This document shows positions 30,479 to 41,199 of a stretch of DNA of 56,881 bases, one piece after another. Source of the DNA: Streptococcus sanguinis (GTDB taxonomy: Bacteria; Bacillota; Bacilli; Lactobacillales; Streptococcaceae); assembly GCA_015264985.1 (NCBI GenBank), contig JABZYU010000001.1, forward strand, positions 1 to 56,881. The letters are read 5' to 3'. Under the pieces are notes generated by a model. The model was given only the letters and a program-made list of their open reading frames with translations. It was not told the DNA's origin and made no database searches. Position numbers and translations under genes: made by a program. Within the stretch, counting starts at the first letter, position 1. Each line of letters opens with the position of its first letter.

Positions 30479-31762
30479 TTATTTTCCGCTTTCTATTTCT
30501 CTTTGAATGCTCGGCAAGGCACTGTCAATCTCTTGATTCTGCATAGCATTTTGAATCAGATAGTCCATCCGGTCCATCGTATGACGGTCTACTTCTAGAC
30601 TGATGTCAATGATAGAGCGATTCATCATGTGGTCTAGCCTCTCAGAAGTCAAGGAATCCAAGCCAAAATCATCAGCCTGTAAGATTTCTCTAGCCTGTTG
30701 ACTTTTCACTACAGATGGTAAAACTGAGGTCCCCTGCGACTTTTCAAACAAGGCCTGCTGACTTTCTTTGTCCTGTGACAGCAAGAGCATAAATTCCCAA
30801 GCCAGCTTCTCTTGCTTGGTATTGGAAGACATGGCAAAGAGCGAGGTCTTAACCTGCGTTCCCATCACCTGGCTATTGGCTGTCGGCATCGGTATACAGG
30901 TCCAAGAAAAGCTAGAATACTTGGCAACATGGTAAGGGTAGGGCTTGTAGGTCCGATACTGGGCCAGACTCATAGGATAGAAAGCCACGCGCCCCTCATC
31001 AAAATCATTAGAAGTCACCTTATAGTGCTGGCTGAGCATATCTAGCTTGCTCATAAAGGCCAAGGCTTGGTGCATCTCTGAACTGTCTATATTGATACCG
31101 GATTTATCGGTAAGATGGCCGCCATAAGCTACCAGAGCTTGCTGCCAAGTGTAATCCGTAATACCGTACTGGTCCACCATACCATCACCATTGGTATCCT
31201 TTGTCACTTTCTTGCAAATCTCATAGAAATCCGCCAGGGTCCAACCTGACTCAGGAATGCTAATCCCTTCTTTTTCAAGCAGGTCTTTATTGACACACAT
31301 CATGATAGGATTGCTCTCAACTGGAAGAGCATAGCTGACTCCCTGATATTGCCCAGCTTCATAAGCCACTGGATAAAAGGCTGTCCGTTCATCATCCGTT
31401 AGGAGGGTATCCAAGGATTTAAGGGCGCCAGTCGAAGCCAACATGCTAAAGTCGTTTTCCGGTACCATAAAGAGATCCGGCTGCTCGCCTTTCAAGACTT
31501 GCTCTGCCAGCCAGTCAGCGTAATCATCCTTGGGAATACCGCTTTCATAGACGACCTTGACATGAGGATGCGTCTTTTCAAATTTTTTAATCAAGCTATC
31601 CAAGACCTTGTTTTCGCGGCTGTTAGGCACATCCCAGCTAGAGCCAGCATAGACCCCGATACGCAGGACTTTTTCCTGAGCTGAGGCCCAAAAGACAAAA
31701 GCCAAAGCAACAGATATAATCAGGACAACCAGTAGGGCCAAATGTCTCAGTCTCCACTTCAT
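30479..31762 (-). CDS. levQ: Extracellular sugar-binding protein of the four-component system
   Basis: N-terminal TM anchor and SBP_bac_1-like fold; overlaps the response regulator stop; gene order T-S-R-Q. Confidence 0.75.
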   Translation of the reverse strand: MKWRLRHLALLVVLIISVALAFVFWASAQEKVLRIGVYAGSSWDVPNSRENKVLDSLIKKFEKTHPHVKVVYESGIPKDDYADWLAEQVLKGEQPDLFMVPENDFSMLASTGALKSLDTLLTDDERTAFYPVAYEAGQYQGVSYALPVESNPIMMCVNKDLLEKEGISIPESGWTLADFYEICKKVTKDTNGDGMVDQYGITDYTWQQALVAYGGHLTDKSGINIDSSEMHQALAFMSKLDMLSQHYKVTSNDFDEGRVAFYPMSLAQYRTYKPYPYHVAKYSSFSWTCIPMPTANSQVMGTQVKTSLFAMSSNTKQEKLAWEFMLLLSQDKESQQALFEKSQGTSVLPSVVKSQQAREILQADDFGLDSLTSERLDHMMNRSIIDISLEVDRHTMDRMDYLIQNAMQNQEIDSALPSIQREIESGK

Positions 31763-32442
31763 TTGTCGCTTTCCTTACTAAAATCTCTCTGGGTGACTCC
31801 GGTCTGCACAGCCCAGATAGCCAGCTGGGTTCGATCGCGCAAGTTGAGCTTGGCTAGGATGCCTGACAGGTAATTTCGGACTGTCCCTTCTGACAGAAAG
31901 AGCTTAGCAGCAATTTCTTTATTCGAAATTCCAAAGCCAATCTGCTGAATAATCTTCCACTCCGTCCGGCTCATGTCCTCTATATTTTCCTCCGTCACTG
32001 TGATAGCAAAGTTGGACTGGGCCATCTGTGAAAAGATTTTGAAGACCTTGGTGGCAATATTGGGATTGATCATAGCTCCGCCTCGATAGACTGTCTGAAT
32101 GGCTTCGTGAAGTTCTTCTGTCGAAACCCCTTTGAGAATATAACCAGACGCACCGTATTTGAGAGCGGAGAAGATAAATTCATCGTCATCAAAGGTCGTC
32201 AGAATGATAATCTTAACATCCGGATATTGCTCCTTGACAGCCTTGGTACAGAGAACACCGTCCATGACTGGCATGCGAATATCCATCAAAATCACATCTG
32301 GGCGCACCCGATGAAGCTTTTCCAGCACTTCCTTGCCGTCTCCGACTGTCCCGACAACCTCAATATCTGCGTGGGCAGACAGAATGATTTGCAGAGACTC
32401 GCGAATCAAGGCCTGATCGTCTGCTATTAAAACCTTAATCAT
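31759..32442 (-). CDS. levR: NarL/LuxR family response regulator
   Basis: IADDQ, LMDIRMP receiver; SNKEIA..LFLSEGTVRNY HTH. Confidence 0.85.
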   Translation of the reverse strand: MIKVLIADDQALIRESLQIILSAHADIEVVGTVGDGKEVLEKLHRVRPDVILMDIRMPVMDGVLCTKAVKEQYPDVKIIILTTFDDDEFIFSALKYGASGYILKGVSTEELHEAIQTVYRGGAMINPNIATKVFKIFSQMAQSNFAITVTEENIEDMSRTEWKIIQQIGFGISNKEIAAKLFLSEGTVRNYLSGILAKLNLRDRTQLAIWAVQTGVTQRDFSKESDK

Positions 32443-33751
32443 GTCTTCCTCCTATTTTTGGGATTTCGGTATGCGTGTAGAAACCGTCCCGATTTTCAAA
32501 GCGGACGCTTCCGCCAATAATCATTAGGCGCTCCTGCATCTGCTTGAGGCCATAGCCATAGTGGAGTTCATCAAAGCCGATACCATCATCCTGAATGGTC
32601 ATTACATAAGCTTCTTCTTCCTCTAGTAGCTCAATCCAGATAGTCTTGGCATGCCCATGGCGGACAGAGTTGGTAATAGACTCCTGAATCACTCGGAAGA
32701 CAATGTCTTCCTTGGCAATATCCAAGTCAATATTATCCCATTCGTAGCGGAGATGAATCTCCAAATTGGAGATGGCTTCATACTCACGTATAATCTTAAT
32801 CAGAGCTTCCTTCAAAGTGTTATTTTCCAGAGCTCCCGGTCGCATCTTATTGAGCGAGCCGCGGACATCACGGATACCATCTCGAACGACGACTGAAACA
32901 TTATTGAGCTGCTCCTTAGCCCGATTGGTATCAATATCAACCAAGACCTTGACCGCATCAATACCCGCTGAAATTCCCGTTAGGGCATGGCCCAATGTAT
33001 CGTGAATCTCTCTGGCAATCCGCTTCCGCTCTCGGTCTTCTGCTATTTTTTCGGACAAGGCCAGATAAGAATTCAACTCGCGATTGGCCTGAGAAGCCAT
33101 GCGCAGCTCTTCCTCAATCCGATGACGCTCCGTAATAGCCGACAAGATATAGAAGAGCAAGGAAATCATAAAAACGACGATATTTAAAGAATAGAGGAAA
33201 TTCTTACCAAAAAGCAGTAAAAGCCTAACGGACTCTGGGTAAAACCGAATATAGGTATCTAGAGAAGGCAGCTTGATAAAGAGCGACATGAGGTCATAGT
33301 TGGACAAGAGCAGCATGCCAAAGCTCAAAATAATGAAAGAAAACCAATACTTCTTGTCCTTAGAAGAATTGAACTCCTTAGATCCATAGAAAATATCCGC
33401 AAACACCAAGAGAATCAAGCCATTGTAGGACGAGTGTAATACGGAAAAGATGACCAGCATGAGCAGGATTTCAATAATGGTCGCCTTGTCATAGACGGAC
33501 AGCTGATTGGGGTGGCGCTCGCGATAGTACATGACCAAAAGCAAACTGCCATAGAGGCTAATTGATACCCAGAAAATCAGGCTAGGAGAGCCGGGAATAG
33601 CATCCAAACGCTCCAAAAGCGAGTGACTGAAGTCCTTAGCTGCTACATAGTTTGTCGCAAAGAGATAGATGGACGCATTATAGACAATGGCAACCAAATT
33701 GATGACCATCAAGGCTATTTTGCTGTAAAATATACTCTTTTGAGGTCTCAT
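32435..33751 (-). CDS. levS: Sensor histidine kinase (HisKA_3)
   Basis: RIAREIHDTLGH H-box, QESITNSVRH, DDGIG, GYGLKQM; TAATG overlap with the upstream gene. Confidence 0.85.
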   Translation of the reverse strand: MRPQKSIFYSKIALMVINLVAIVYNASIYLFATNYVAAKDFSHSLLERLDAIPGSPSLIFWVSISLYGSLLLVMYYRERHPNQLSVYDKATIIEILLMLVIFSVLHSSYNGLILLVFADIFYGSKEFNSSKDKKYWFSFIILSFGMLLLSNYDLMSLFIKLPSLDTYIRFYPESVRLLLLFGKNFLYSLNIVVFMISLLFYILSAITERHRIEEELRMASQANRELNSYLALSEKIAEDRERKRIAREIHDTLGHALTGISAGIDAVKVLVDIDTNRAKEQLNNVSVVVRDGIRDVRGSLNKMRPGALENNTLKEALIKIIREYEAISNLEIHLRYEWDNIDLDIAKEDIVFRVIQESITNSVRHGHAKTIWIELLEEEEAYVMTIQDDGIGFDELHYGYGLKQMQERLMIIGGSVRFENRDGFYTHTEIPKIGGRHD

Positions 33752-34737
33752 TATTGCCACCCTGTAACTGTGTATTGACTGATATTATCTCTGTTGACTA
33801 AGTGAACGGGGATCAGGTATTGGCTGTCGTAGGATTTCCCCTCTTGCATCAGCTCAATTACCTGCGCCACCTTGCGTCCCATCTGAATGGGCGATTGGGC
33901 CACGGTCCCCTCTATGTCGCTAGTCGTAGCCAGAAAGTTTTTGATATCTGGTGATCCATCCACGCCATAGATTGAAATTTTCTTATCAAGACCTTGATTT
34001 TTAATAGCAGCCAAGGCCCCGATGGCTGCTCGATCATTGAGCGCCATAACTACATTAAAGTCCAAACCTTCATCCAGAGCCCCTTTGACCTGTGGCATGG
34101 TTTCCTCAGTCTGGCCTAGTGTTTCTTTCTGGGAAATAATCTTGTAGCTAGGCTGTTTTTCAATCGTATCAATAAATCCCTGAATCCGATCCATGGCCGA
34201 GACGGCATTGCGGTGCTCTAGAAGGAGAATATTGGCAGAAGGCAGACGCTTCATCATGTCCTGGGCAATCAGGACGCCTGCTTGGTAGTTATCAGACACA
34301 ATGGTCGTATCCACTTTTACATCCTGACTGATAGGCGCATCCACTACGATAATTTTAATCCCAGCTTTCTTGGCCTTTTGAAGAGAGGAAATGATACTTG
34401 GACTATTGCTTTTCACCGGATTGATGACAATGACATCAACCTTTTCTCGGACAAAAAAGTCAATCTGCTGGCTCTGCTTGCCCTCATCCAACTCAGGATC
34501 CCGAACGTAAAGCCGGCTGCCCTGCTGGTTGGTTTTCTTCTCCAGCTCCGCATTTAAGGTCTTGTAAAAGTCATTGTTCATGGTCATGTAAGTCACCCCA
34601 ATCTTGACCTGCTTCTCATCTGGCAAAACGCCCTTGAAATAAACAAAAAGCAAACCCAAGATAAGCAGAATAAAAAGCGGCCAGAGAGCCTTCTTCTGAT
34701 AACACTGTATCCGTTTTTTGACCTTAGCTGATACCAT
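33751..34737 (-). CDS. levT: RbsB-like sugar-binding protein of the four-component system
   Basis: Periplasmic-binding fold: SDNYQAG, ALNDRAAIGA, GVDG, QSPIQMG; N-terminal TM. Confidence 0.78.
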   Translation of the reverse strand: MVSAKVKKRIQCYQKKALWPLFILLILGLLFVYFKGVLPDEKQVKIGVTYMTMNNDFYKTLNAELEKKTNQQGSRLYVRDPELDEGKQSQQIDFFVREKVDVIVINPVKSNSPSIISSLQKAKKAGIKIIVVDAPISQDVKVDTTIVSDNYQAGVLIAQDMMKRLPSANILLLEHRNAVSAMDRIQGFIDTIEKQPSYKIISQKETLGQTEETMPQVKGALDEGLDFNVVMALNDRAAIGALAAIKNQGLDKKISIYGVDGSPDIKNFLATTSDIEGTVAQSPIQMGRKVAQVIELMQEGKSYDSQYLIPVHLVNRDNISQYTVTGWQ

Positions 34738-35017
34738 TTTTCACCCCCTATGCCGCAAGCACCTTTATGAAACATATAGGATTATTATATTACAAAGCCG
34801 CCAAAAAGCAAAATCTTTCCAGAAATGACTATAATAAAAGAGGCGAGACAGAATCTTAAAAATTCATGATTTTTGATTATTGGTCCCACCTCGATGATCA
34901 TAATTAAACTTTTAAAAGCTTGATAGAAAGAGACTTTCACTCACACAGATCTTGCGTCCTGCAAAACTGAATGATGATTTTTTAGAGCAAGGTCATTTCC
35001 CAGTCTTTGCTTCTTGC

Positions 35018-35413
35018 TTAAAAGGGAAGTTCCTCTTCTTCCAACACCAAATCTGCTAAATCAGCTCCGCTGTTATTTTCACGCAGGGCGCGCTGAGCCC
35101 GACTTTCCAGCAGCTGGAAGCTATGACAGAGCACCTCTGTCACATAATGAGTCGCTCCCTCCTTTTCATAGCGACGAGTCCGCAGTTCACCATCCAGAGA
35201 AATCAAGCTGCCCTTACTTGCATAGCTGGCTAAAGTCTCAGCTAGACGTCCCCAGACAACCACATTTACAAAATCCGCTTCACGCTCACCGCTCTGAGAT
35301 TTATAAGGGCGATTAACCGCGACTGTTGCGCGAGCCACAGACTTTTCATTCGCAGTCTTGTTCAGTTCAGGCGTAGCCGTCAGCCGGCCGATTACAATTA
35401 CTTTATTATACAT
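35018..35413 (-). CDS. ssbB: Competence-induced single-stranded DNA-binding protein
   Basis: MYNKVIVIGRLT OB-fold, 131 aa, EEEELPF tail, combox upstream. Confidence 0.92.
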   Translation of the reverse strand: MYNKVIVIGRLTATPELNKTANEKSVARATVAVNRPYKSQSGEREADFVNVVVWGRLAETLASYASKGSLISLDGELRTRRYEKEGATHYVTEVLCHSFQLLESRAQRALRENNSGADLADLVLEEEELPF

Positions 35414-35433
35414 TTTATATCCTCCTAACTTAT

Positions 35434-35441
35434 CATTCGTA
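35434..35441 (-). promoter_or_regulatory. Combox/cin-box (SigX promoter)
   Basis: TACGAATG (7/8 match to TACGAATA) after T-rich tracts and before AGGAGG RBS of ssbB. Confidence 0.8.
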
Positions 35442-35543
35442 AAAGGAGGCAAAAAGTGAAAAAAATATGGTATAGTGATAGATAAAAAGGAAAGTTGCAG
35501 CTTTTTGTCCCTTTCTGACTAGACTTGTATAATGGAGGCTCCG

Positions 35544-36131
35544 ATGACCATTAAACATTCCCCTGTGAAAAATATTCTTTTTATCTTAATCTCTCTGTGG
35601 TTCGGAGGTTTTTCTGCCTGGACTGCCGTAGACTACCTGACCGGCTCCAACCCCTACAAAGATACTAGTTTCTTTGTCCTTAGTCTGCTGGTTGCTGCTT
35701 TCTTCTTACTGCTCCTTATCTTTGCTATTCGCAGACTAACCATTCATGCGACTATCCTCTCCTTTGACCACGAATATGTAACCTACCATTATAGCGGACT
35801 CTTATCAGCTGCCACCTACTGCATTCCTATGCAGCAGATTAGTCATGCTCGCTACAGCCGAGATAGTGAAGAATCCGAGATTAGTCTTTGGATGGAGGAC
35901 GATTTCCATGACTTTGCAGCCTTTAACCATCTCCACCACAAAATTTATGCCTATCCTGACAGCCAACTCATCGGCATTGTTTTCAAGAGAAAACGCCTCA
36001 AAGCATTGGAAGACCAAGCGCTAAACAGCCTTATCTACCAATACAAATACAGCACTCCGAGCCAGATTCACACAGCCACTCCTCAATCATCAACCGACTC
36101 GCAAAGCAATAGCGACAGCGTCTTCTTTTGA
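35544..36131 (+). CDS. Hypothetical membrane protein (two N-terminal TM helices)
   Basis: GGAGG RBS before ATG 35544; two hydrophobic helices then a soluble domain. Confidence 0.7.
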   Translation: MTIKHSPVKNILFILISLWFGGFSAWTAVDYLTGSNPYKDTSFFVLSLLVAAFFLLLLIFAIRRLTIHATILSFDHEYVTYHYSGLLSAATYCIPMQQISHARYSRDSEESEISLWMEDDFHDFAAFNHLHHKIYAYPDSQLIGIVFKRKRLKALEDQALNSLIYQYKYSTPSQIHTATPQSSTDSQSNSDSVFF

Positions 36132-36182
36132 GACAATGTGGTGATTGTTAAGACAAAACACTTTAGATTACGGAGGTATCTA

Positions 36183-36482
36183 ATGAATTATATAGCTTTT
36201 GTTTACTCCATTCTTTTATTATTTTCAACCTATTTCGCTTATAAAAAGAAAATGAGTAGCTCCAAAATCTCATTAATCATCAGTTTGTTTTTATTTTTCC
36301 TAACTCTTCTGAATTTATTTTTCTTCAATTTTTTACTGAAAACTTTAATATCCATACTTTTAATTTTGATCTCAGTAAGTTTTTTCCATGACAGAAAAAT
36401 GAGTAAGAAACAAATTCATTATTCTCATCATTGTGTTAGATTGATTTTTCATCTGTTAATTATTTATTTTCTCTACCATTAG
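36183..36482 (+). CDS. Small very AT-rich membrane protein
   Basis: GGAGGT RBS; 99 aa, about four hydrophobic segments, IHYSHH motif. Confidence 0.65.
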   Translation: MNYIAFVYSILLLFSTYFAYKKKMSSSKISLIISLFLFFLTLLNLFFFNFLLKTLISILLILISVSFFHDRKMSKKQIHYSHHCVRLIFHLLIIYFLYH

Positions 36483-36625
36483 CATGAGATAGATTTATAA
36501 CGCTAAATTTATTACTAAAAAAAGAGCGAAACGACTACACAAATCGTTTCGCTCTATTTTATATTTCGGCTACTGTAGGATACCTCGCCTATTTCTGAGC
36601 TTTTTATGATGTTAAATCCTCACCC

Positions 36626-37252
36626 TTATCCCTGCCAATGTTTGGCTGGGTCAAAGGCGGTTCCAACTAGTTCGCTATCGGATAATTCAATGATGCCACG
36701 TTTTTGAGGCGCATTAGGCAGCTGAAGTTCCCGTGGGCTGCACATCATACCAAAACTCTCTTCGCCTCGAAGTTCTCCTGGGAAAATCAAATTCCCTTTA
36801 GGCATCATGGCACCCGGCAGCGCTACAATCGTTTTGAGGCCGACTTTGGCATTAGGAGCACCGGCCACGATTTGAACAGTCTTATCAGCAGCTACCTGTA
36901 CTTGGCAGATATTCAGGTGGTCACTATCTGGATGAGCTACCATATCAACGATTTGACCAACCACAAATTTTGGCTGGCTGTCATTGACCAAGTTCGCTGG
37001 GAAGCCTTCCTTGCTCAGCTCCTGATTGAGAATAGCCACTTGCTCATCTGTCAAAAAGACCTGTCCGCGCTCTGCAATTTCAAAAAGGTCTGACTGCTCA
37101 AAAATATTCCAAGCTACTGTCTGGCCATTATCTTCACGGTAAACACGCGCTACCCGTCCTTTGCGTTCAGCTGCCAGTTTAGCTCCTTGATTGTCCGCAG
37201 CAATAATCATCAGCACATCGCCGACATATTCTTTATTATAGGTAAAAATCAT
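36626..37252 (-). CDS. ytpR: YtpR-like tRNA-binding (Trbp111/DUF4479) protein
   Basis: HPDSDHL, QIVAGAPN, SFGMMCS..EL OB-fold motifs. Confidence 0.88.
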   Translation of the reverse strand: MIFTYNKEYVGDVLMIIAADNQGAKLAAERKGRVARVYREDNGQTVAWNIFEQSDLFEIAERGQVFLTDEQVAILNQELSKEGFPANLVNDSQPKFVVGQIVDMVAHPDSDHLNICQVQVAADKTVQIVAGAPNAKVGLKTIVALPGAMMPKGNLIFPGELRGEESFGMMCSPRELQLPNAPQKRGIIELSDSELVGTAFDPAKHWQG

Positions 37253-37584
37253 TTTACGCTCCCTTTTTCTCTTATACTCGCTAAAAATTCATTGATTTGA
37301 CCCTTGGTCTTGCGTTCACGATTGACCAGACGGCCAATCTCCTGTCCCTTTTCCAGCACTACTAAGCTAGGAATCCCGTAAATGTCCCACTCTTCGGCCA
37401 GATCCAGATAGGCATCACGGTCCACTTGGATAAAGCGATAGTCAAGATTTTCAGCTTCTATCTCTGGCAGAAAAGGTCTGATAAATCGGCAATCTCCGCA
37501 CCAGTCAGCCGTGAAAAAGAAGACAGTCTTCTCCCCATCATTGACATAAGAAGCCAATCCCTCTAAATTTGTAGGGATAATCAT
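37249..37584 (-). CDS. Thioredoxin family protein (YtpP-like)
   Basis: WCGDC active site, GIPSL cis-Pro loop. Confidence 0.9.
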   Translation of the reverse strand: MIIPTNLEGLASYVNDGEKTVFFFTADWCGDCRFIRPFLPEIEAENLDYRFIQVDRDAYLDLAEEWDIYGIPSLVVLEKGQEIGRLVNRERKTKGQINEFLASIREKGSVK

Positions 37585-37868
37585 GCTTCTTCCTCGTAGC
37601 TTAGCTGACCATTTTCATAGACAAAAGCAAAATGACGGTCATCCTCTAAGACCAGACCGCCAACCAAGCGGTCATCTGTGGACTCGTAGAGCTTGACATA
37701 GAGACAGGAAATACTACCCTGACTGGAAAAGAAATCTCGCACAAGCTCGACGATTTCCTCCCGATTACGCAATCTTTTTTGCTCCTGTACGACTTTGGCT
37801 GCCCCAAAAGCCAGAGCTCCAGCCCCCAAAAGGGCGGTTGTGGTTAAAATGATTTTTTTAGCTTTCAT
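37581..37868 (-). CDS. DUF4651-like small membrane-anchored protein
   Basis: N-terminal TM; GGLVLEDDR..F.YENG..YEEE; start 37868. Confidence 0.7.
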   Translation of the reverse strand: MKAKKIILTTTALLGAGALAFGAAKVVQEQKRLRNREEIVELVRDFFSSQGSISCLYVKLYESTDDRLVGGLVLEDDRHFAFVYENGQLSYEEEA

Positions 37869-38038
37869 GTAGAATATTTTAACACAAAAGAGCAGAGGCG
37901 ACAAACAATATTCCAGATTTTCCTGGGAGAAGCTGGATTCTTGGGCGGGCAGTCCTCTTGATTCAGGCAAGCTATAAGATTTTCCTACTCATTTACCATA
38001 AAAAGTGATAAAATAGGGGACAGAAAGAAGGTAAGTTT

Positions 38039-39103
38039 ATGACAACATTATTTTCAAAAATCAAGGAAGTAACAGAGCTTTCTGCTATTTCGGGTCACGA
38101 GGCACCTGTTCGCAGTTACCTGCGGGAAAAACTCACTCCCCATGTCGATGAGGTTGTCACCGACGGCCTGGGCGGTATCTTTGGGGTACGCCATGCAGAA
38201 GCTGAAAATGCTCCCCGTGTATTGGTAGCGGCCCACATGGACGAGGTTGGCTTTATGGTCAGCGAAATTAAAGCTGACGGGACCTTCCGCGTAGTGGAAA
38301 TCGGCGGCTGGAATCCGCTGGTCGTTAGCAGCCAACGCTTCAAACTTTTTACCCGTGAAGGTCGGGAAATTCCCCTTATCTCAGGCTCTGTCCCTCCTCA
38401 TCTGACACGCGGATCTGGCGGACCAGTTATGCCACAGATTGCAGATATTGTCTTTGACGGTGGCTTTGCAGATAAGGCAGAAGCCGAAAGCTACGGCATC
38501 CGTCCAGGAGACACGATCGTGCCAGACAGCTCTGCTATTCTCACAGCTAACGGTAAAAATATCATCTCCAAAGCCTGGGATAACCGCTACGGCGTCCTTA
38601 TGGTCAGCGAATTGGCACAAGCCTTGTCTGGTCAACAACTAGGCAGCCAACTCTATGTCGGCGCCAATGTTCAAGAAGAAGTTGGCCTGCGTGGTGCCCA
38701 TGCTTCAACGACAAAATTTGCTCCTGAGGTCTTTCTGGCTGTGGATTGCTCCCCAGCGGGTGACATCTACGGCGGTCAAGGGGCCATCGGCGATGGAACC
38801 TTGATTCGCTTCTTTGACCCTGGTCATCTCATGCTACCAGCTATGAAGGACTTCCTCTTGACAACTGCTGAGGAAGCAGGTATCAAGTATCAATACTACT
38901 GCGGCAAGGGCGGAACGGATGCTGGTGCTGCCCATCTCCAAAGCGGCGGCGTACCATCTACTACCATTGGTGTCTGCGCCCGCTACATCCATTCTCACCA
39001 AACTCTCTATGCCATGGACGATTTCCTGCAAGCCCAAGCTTTCCTGCAAGCTCTGGTCAAAAAACTGGATCGCTCAACGGTGGACACGATTACCAACTAT
39101 TAA
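38039..39103 (+). CDS. pepA: Glutamyl aminopeptidase (M42)
   Basis: AHMDEVG, KAWDNR, QEEVGLRG, GGTDAG, RYIHS motifs. Confidence 0.93.
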   Translation: MTTLFSKIKEVTELSAISGHEAPVRSYLREKLTPHVDEVVTDGLGGIFGVRHAEAENAPRVLVAAHMDEVGFMVSEIKADGTFRVVEIGGWNPLVVSSQRFKLFTREGREIPLISGSVPPHLTRGSGGPVMPQIADIVFDGGFADKAEAESYGIRPGDTIVPDSSAILTANGKNIISKAWDNRYGVLMVSELAQALSGQQLGSQLYVGANVQEEVGLRGAHASTTKFAPEVFLAVDCSPAGDIYGGQGAIGDGTLIRFFDPGHLMLPAMKDFLLTTAEEAGIKYQYYCGKGGTDAGAAHLQSGGVPSTTIGVCARYIHSHQTLYAMDDFLQAQAFLQALVKKLDRSTVDTITNY

Positions 39104-39222
39104 TTTCAAAAGGCAGCCCGTTCTTCATTCGGGCTGCTATCTCTTTTGTCTAATACTTTCCCTTTCAACTTTCCAATTTGAAGAAAATTTTGTTATAATG
39201 CTTAGCAGAGGTGAAAATATAC

Positions 39223-40707
39223 ATGAAAAAAATTGCTTTTGATTCTGACAAATACTTAAACCTGCAGCGCGACCATATCTTGGAGCGCATTAATCAATTT
39301 GAGGGCAAATTGTACATGGAATTCGGTGGTAAAATGCTGGAAGACTTCCATGCTGCCCGTGTCCTGCCAGGCTATGAGCCGGACAATAAAATCAGACTGC
39401 TCAAAGAGCTCAAGGACCAAGTAGAGATTGTCATTGCCATCAATGCCAATAACATTGAGCACTCTAAGGCGCGTGGTGATTTGGGCATTTCCTACGATCA
39501 GGAAGTGCTGCGACTAATCGATACCTTTAACGAGCTGGATATTTATGTAGGATCAGTGGTCATCACCCAGTATTCCGGTCAGCCGGCGGCTGACCTCTTC
39601 CGCAGCCAGCTGGAAAAGAATGGCATCGCCTCCTACATCCACTACCCAATCAAGGGCTACCCGACCGACATGGACCATATCATCTCGCCTGAAGGTATGG
39701 GAAAAAACGACTACATCAAAACCAGCCGTAATCTAGTCGTAGTAACCGCACCCGGTCCTGGTTCTGGTAAATTGGCTACTTGCTTGTCCAACATGTACCA
39801 CGACCAAATCAATGGCATCAAATCAGGCTACGCCAAGTTTGAAACTTTCCCAGTTTGGAATCTGCCCCTGCACCATCCGGTCAATTTAGCTTATGAGGCA
39901 GCAACAGCAGACTTGGACGATGTCAACATGATTGATCCTTTCCACCTGCAAACCTACGGAAAAACCACAGTCAACTACAATCGTGATATTGAAATTTTCC
40001 CAGTCCTCAAACGTATGCTAGAGCGCATCCTTGGAAAATCACCCTATGCTTCTCCAACGGATATGGGCGTCAACATGGTCGGCTTTGCCATTGTAGACAA
40101 TGATGCAGCTATCGAGGCATCCCAACAGGAAATCATCCGTCGCTACTACCAGACGATTCTGGACTTCAAGGCAGAGCGCGTTTCTGAATCTGCTGTCAAG
40201 AAAATCGAACTCTTGATGAACGACCTGGGCATCACACCCCTGGACCGTAAAGTAACAGTTGTTGCGCGCGATAAGGCCGAAAGCACTGGCGAGCCAGCTC
40301 TGGCCTTGGAATTGCCAAACGGTGAAATCGTAACCGGTAAGACCTCTGAGCTCTTTGGTCCTACGGCAGCTGTATTGATTAATGCCATTAAGAAATTAGC
40401 CAATATTGCCAAAGAAACCAAGCTGATCGAGCCTGAGTATGTCAAGCCAATCCAAGATCTGAAAATCAAACATCTGGGCAGCCGCAATCCGCGCCTCCAC
40501 TCAAACGAAATCTTGATGGCTCTGGCAATCACAGCCATGGAAAATCAAGATGCGGCAAATGCCATGCAGCAACTCGGCAATCTCAAGGGCAGCGAGGCCC
40601 ACTCCACCGTCACTCTGACTGATGAAGACAAAAACGTCCTGCGCAAACTAGGCATCCATGTTACAATGGACCCCGTTTACCAGTATGATCGACTTTATAG
40701 AAAATAA
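39223..40707 (+). CDS. DUF1846/UPF0371 family protein
   Basis: [29 protein letters not shown] motifs; extended -10 TGTTATAAT upstream. Confidence 0.85.
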   Translation: MKKIAFDSDKYLNLQRDHILERINQFEGKLYMEFGGKMLEDFHAARVLPGYEPDNKIRLLKELKDQVEIVIAINANNIEHSKARGDLGISYDQEVLRLIDTFNELDIYVGSVVITQYSGQPAADLFRSQLEKNGIASYIHYPIKGYPTDMDHIISPEGMGKNDYIKTSRNLVVVTAPGPGSGKLATCLSNMYHDQINGIKSGYAKFETFPVWNLPLHHPVNLAYEAATADLDDVNMIDPFHLQTYGKTTVNYNRDIEIFPVLKRMLERILGKSPYASPTDMGVNMVGFAIVDNDAAIEASQQEIIRRYYQTILDFKAERVSESAVKKIELLMNDLGITPLDRKVTVVARDKAESTGEPALALELPNGEIVTGKTSELFGPTAAVLINAIKKLANIAKETKLIEPEYVKPIQDLKIKHLGSRNPRLHSNEILMALAITAMENQDAANAMQQLGNLKGSEAHSTVTLTDEDKNVLRKLGIHVTMDPVYQYDRLYRK

Positions 40708-40755
40708 AAACAAGCTCTGTTAAAAGGAAGAAGCTGGCTCTGCCAGCTTTTTTTG

Positions 40756-41190
40756 TTAATAACGCTTAGACAAGAGAAAGCGCAAAAGATAGTAAAGTCC
40801 CAAAACCAGAATAATGGTCAAGGTCAGAAACTGATTGAGACTTAAGATGATTGGGAAAACCATAGACAAAACGCTTAAGCATGCTGCCAGCAGCAAAAGA
40901 ATATTAAAAAGTAGAGTGCGAGTCTTTTCGTCAATCATGCGATTGCGCTCATCAGTCACCTGAATGTAGAGCTTATCAAAATTTTCTTCCCGTCTTAGGG
41001 CAAGATTATACCGAATGGTCATCAAAGAAAGCCCCAGCAGGATGCCGACCATGACTCCTTCCTGCTGATCATCCAGAGAGTGAAAGTGGCTCCAGGCCAG
41101 TCCTGCCAAGATGATCAAGGTTAAGATACGCCCCACGATAACTTTCCTTTGAAGTTTTTTTCGAAATTCTTGTTTAGTTAATGTTTCCAT
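40756..41190 (-). CDS. Four-helix membrane protein (DERN motif)
   Basis: TDERNRMIDEK motif between TM pairs; AGGAGG RBS. Confidence 0.7.
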   Translation of the reverse strand: METLTKQEFRKKLQRKVIVGRILTLIILAGLAWSHFHSLDDQQEGVMVGILLGLSLMTIRYNLALRREENFDKLYIQVTDERNRMIDEKTRTLLFNILLLLAACLSVLSMVFPIILSLNQFLTLTIILVLGLYYLLRFLLSKRY

Positions 41191-41199
41191 GTCAGCCTC

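Noticed and set aside
30479..34737. Two sugar-binding proteins flanking a two-component system as a novel four-component sensor
   Set aside because: Matches the described LevQRST system of oral streptococci
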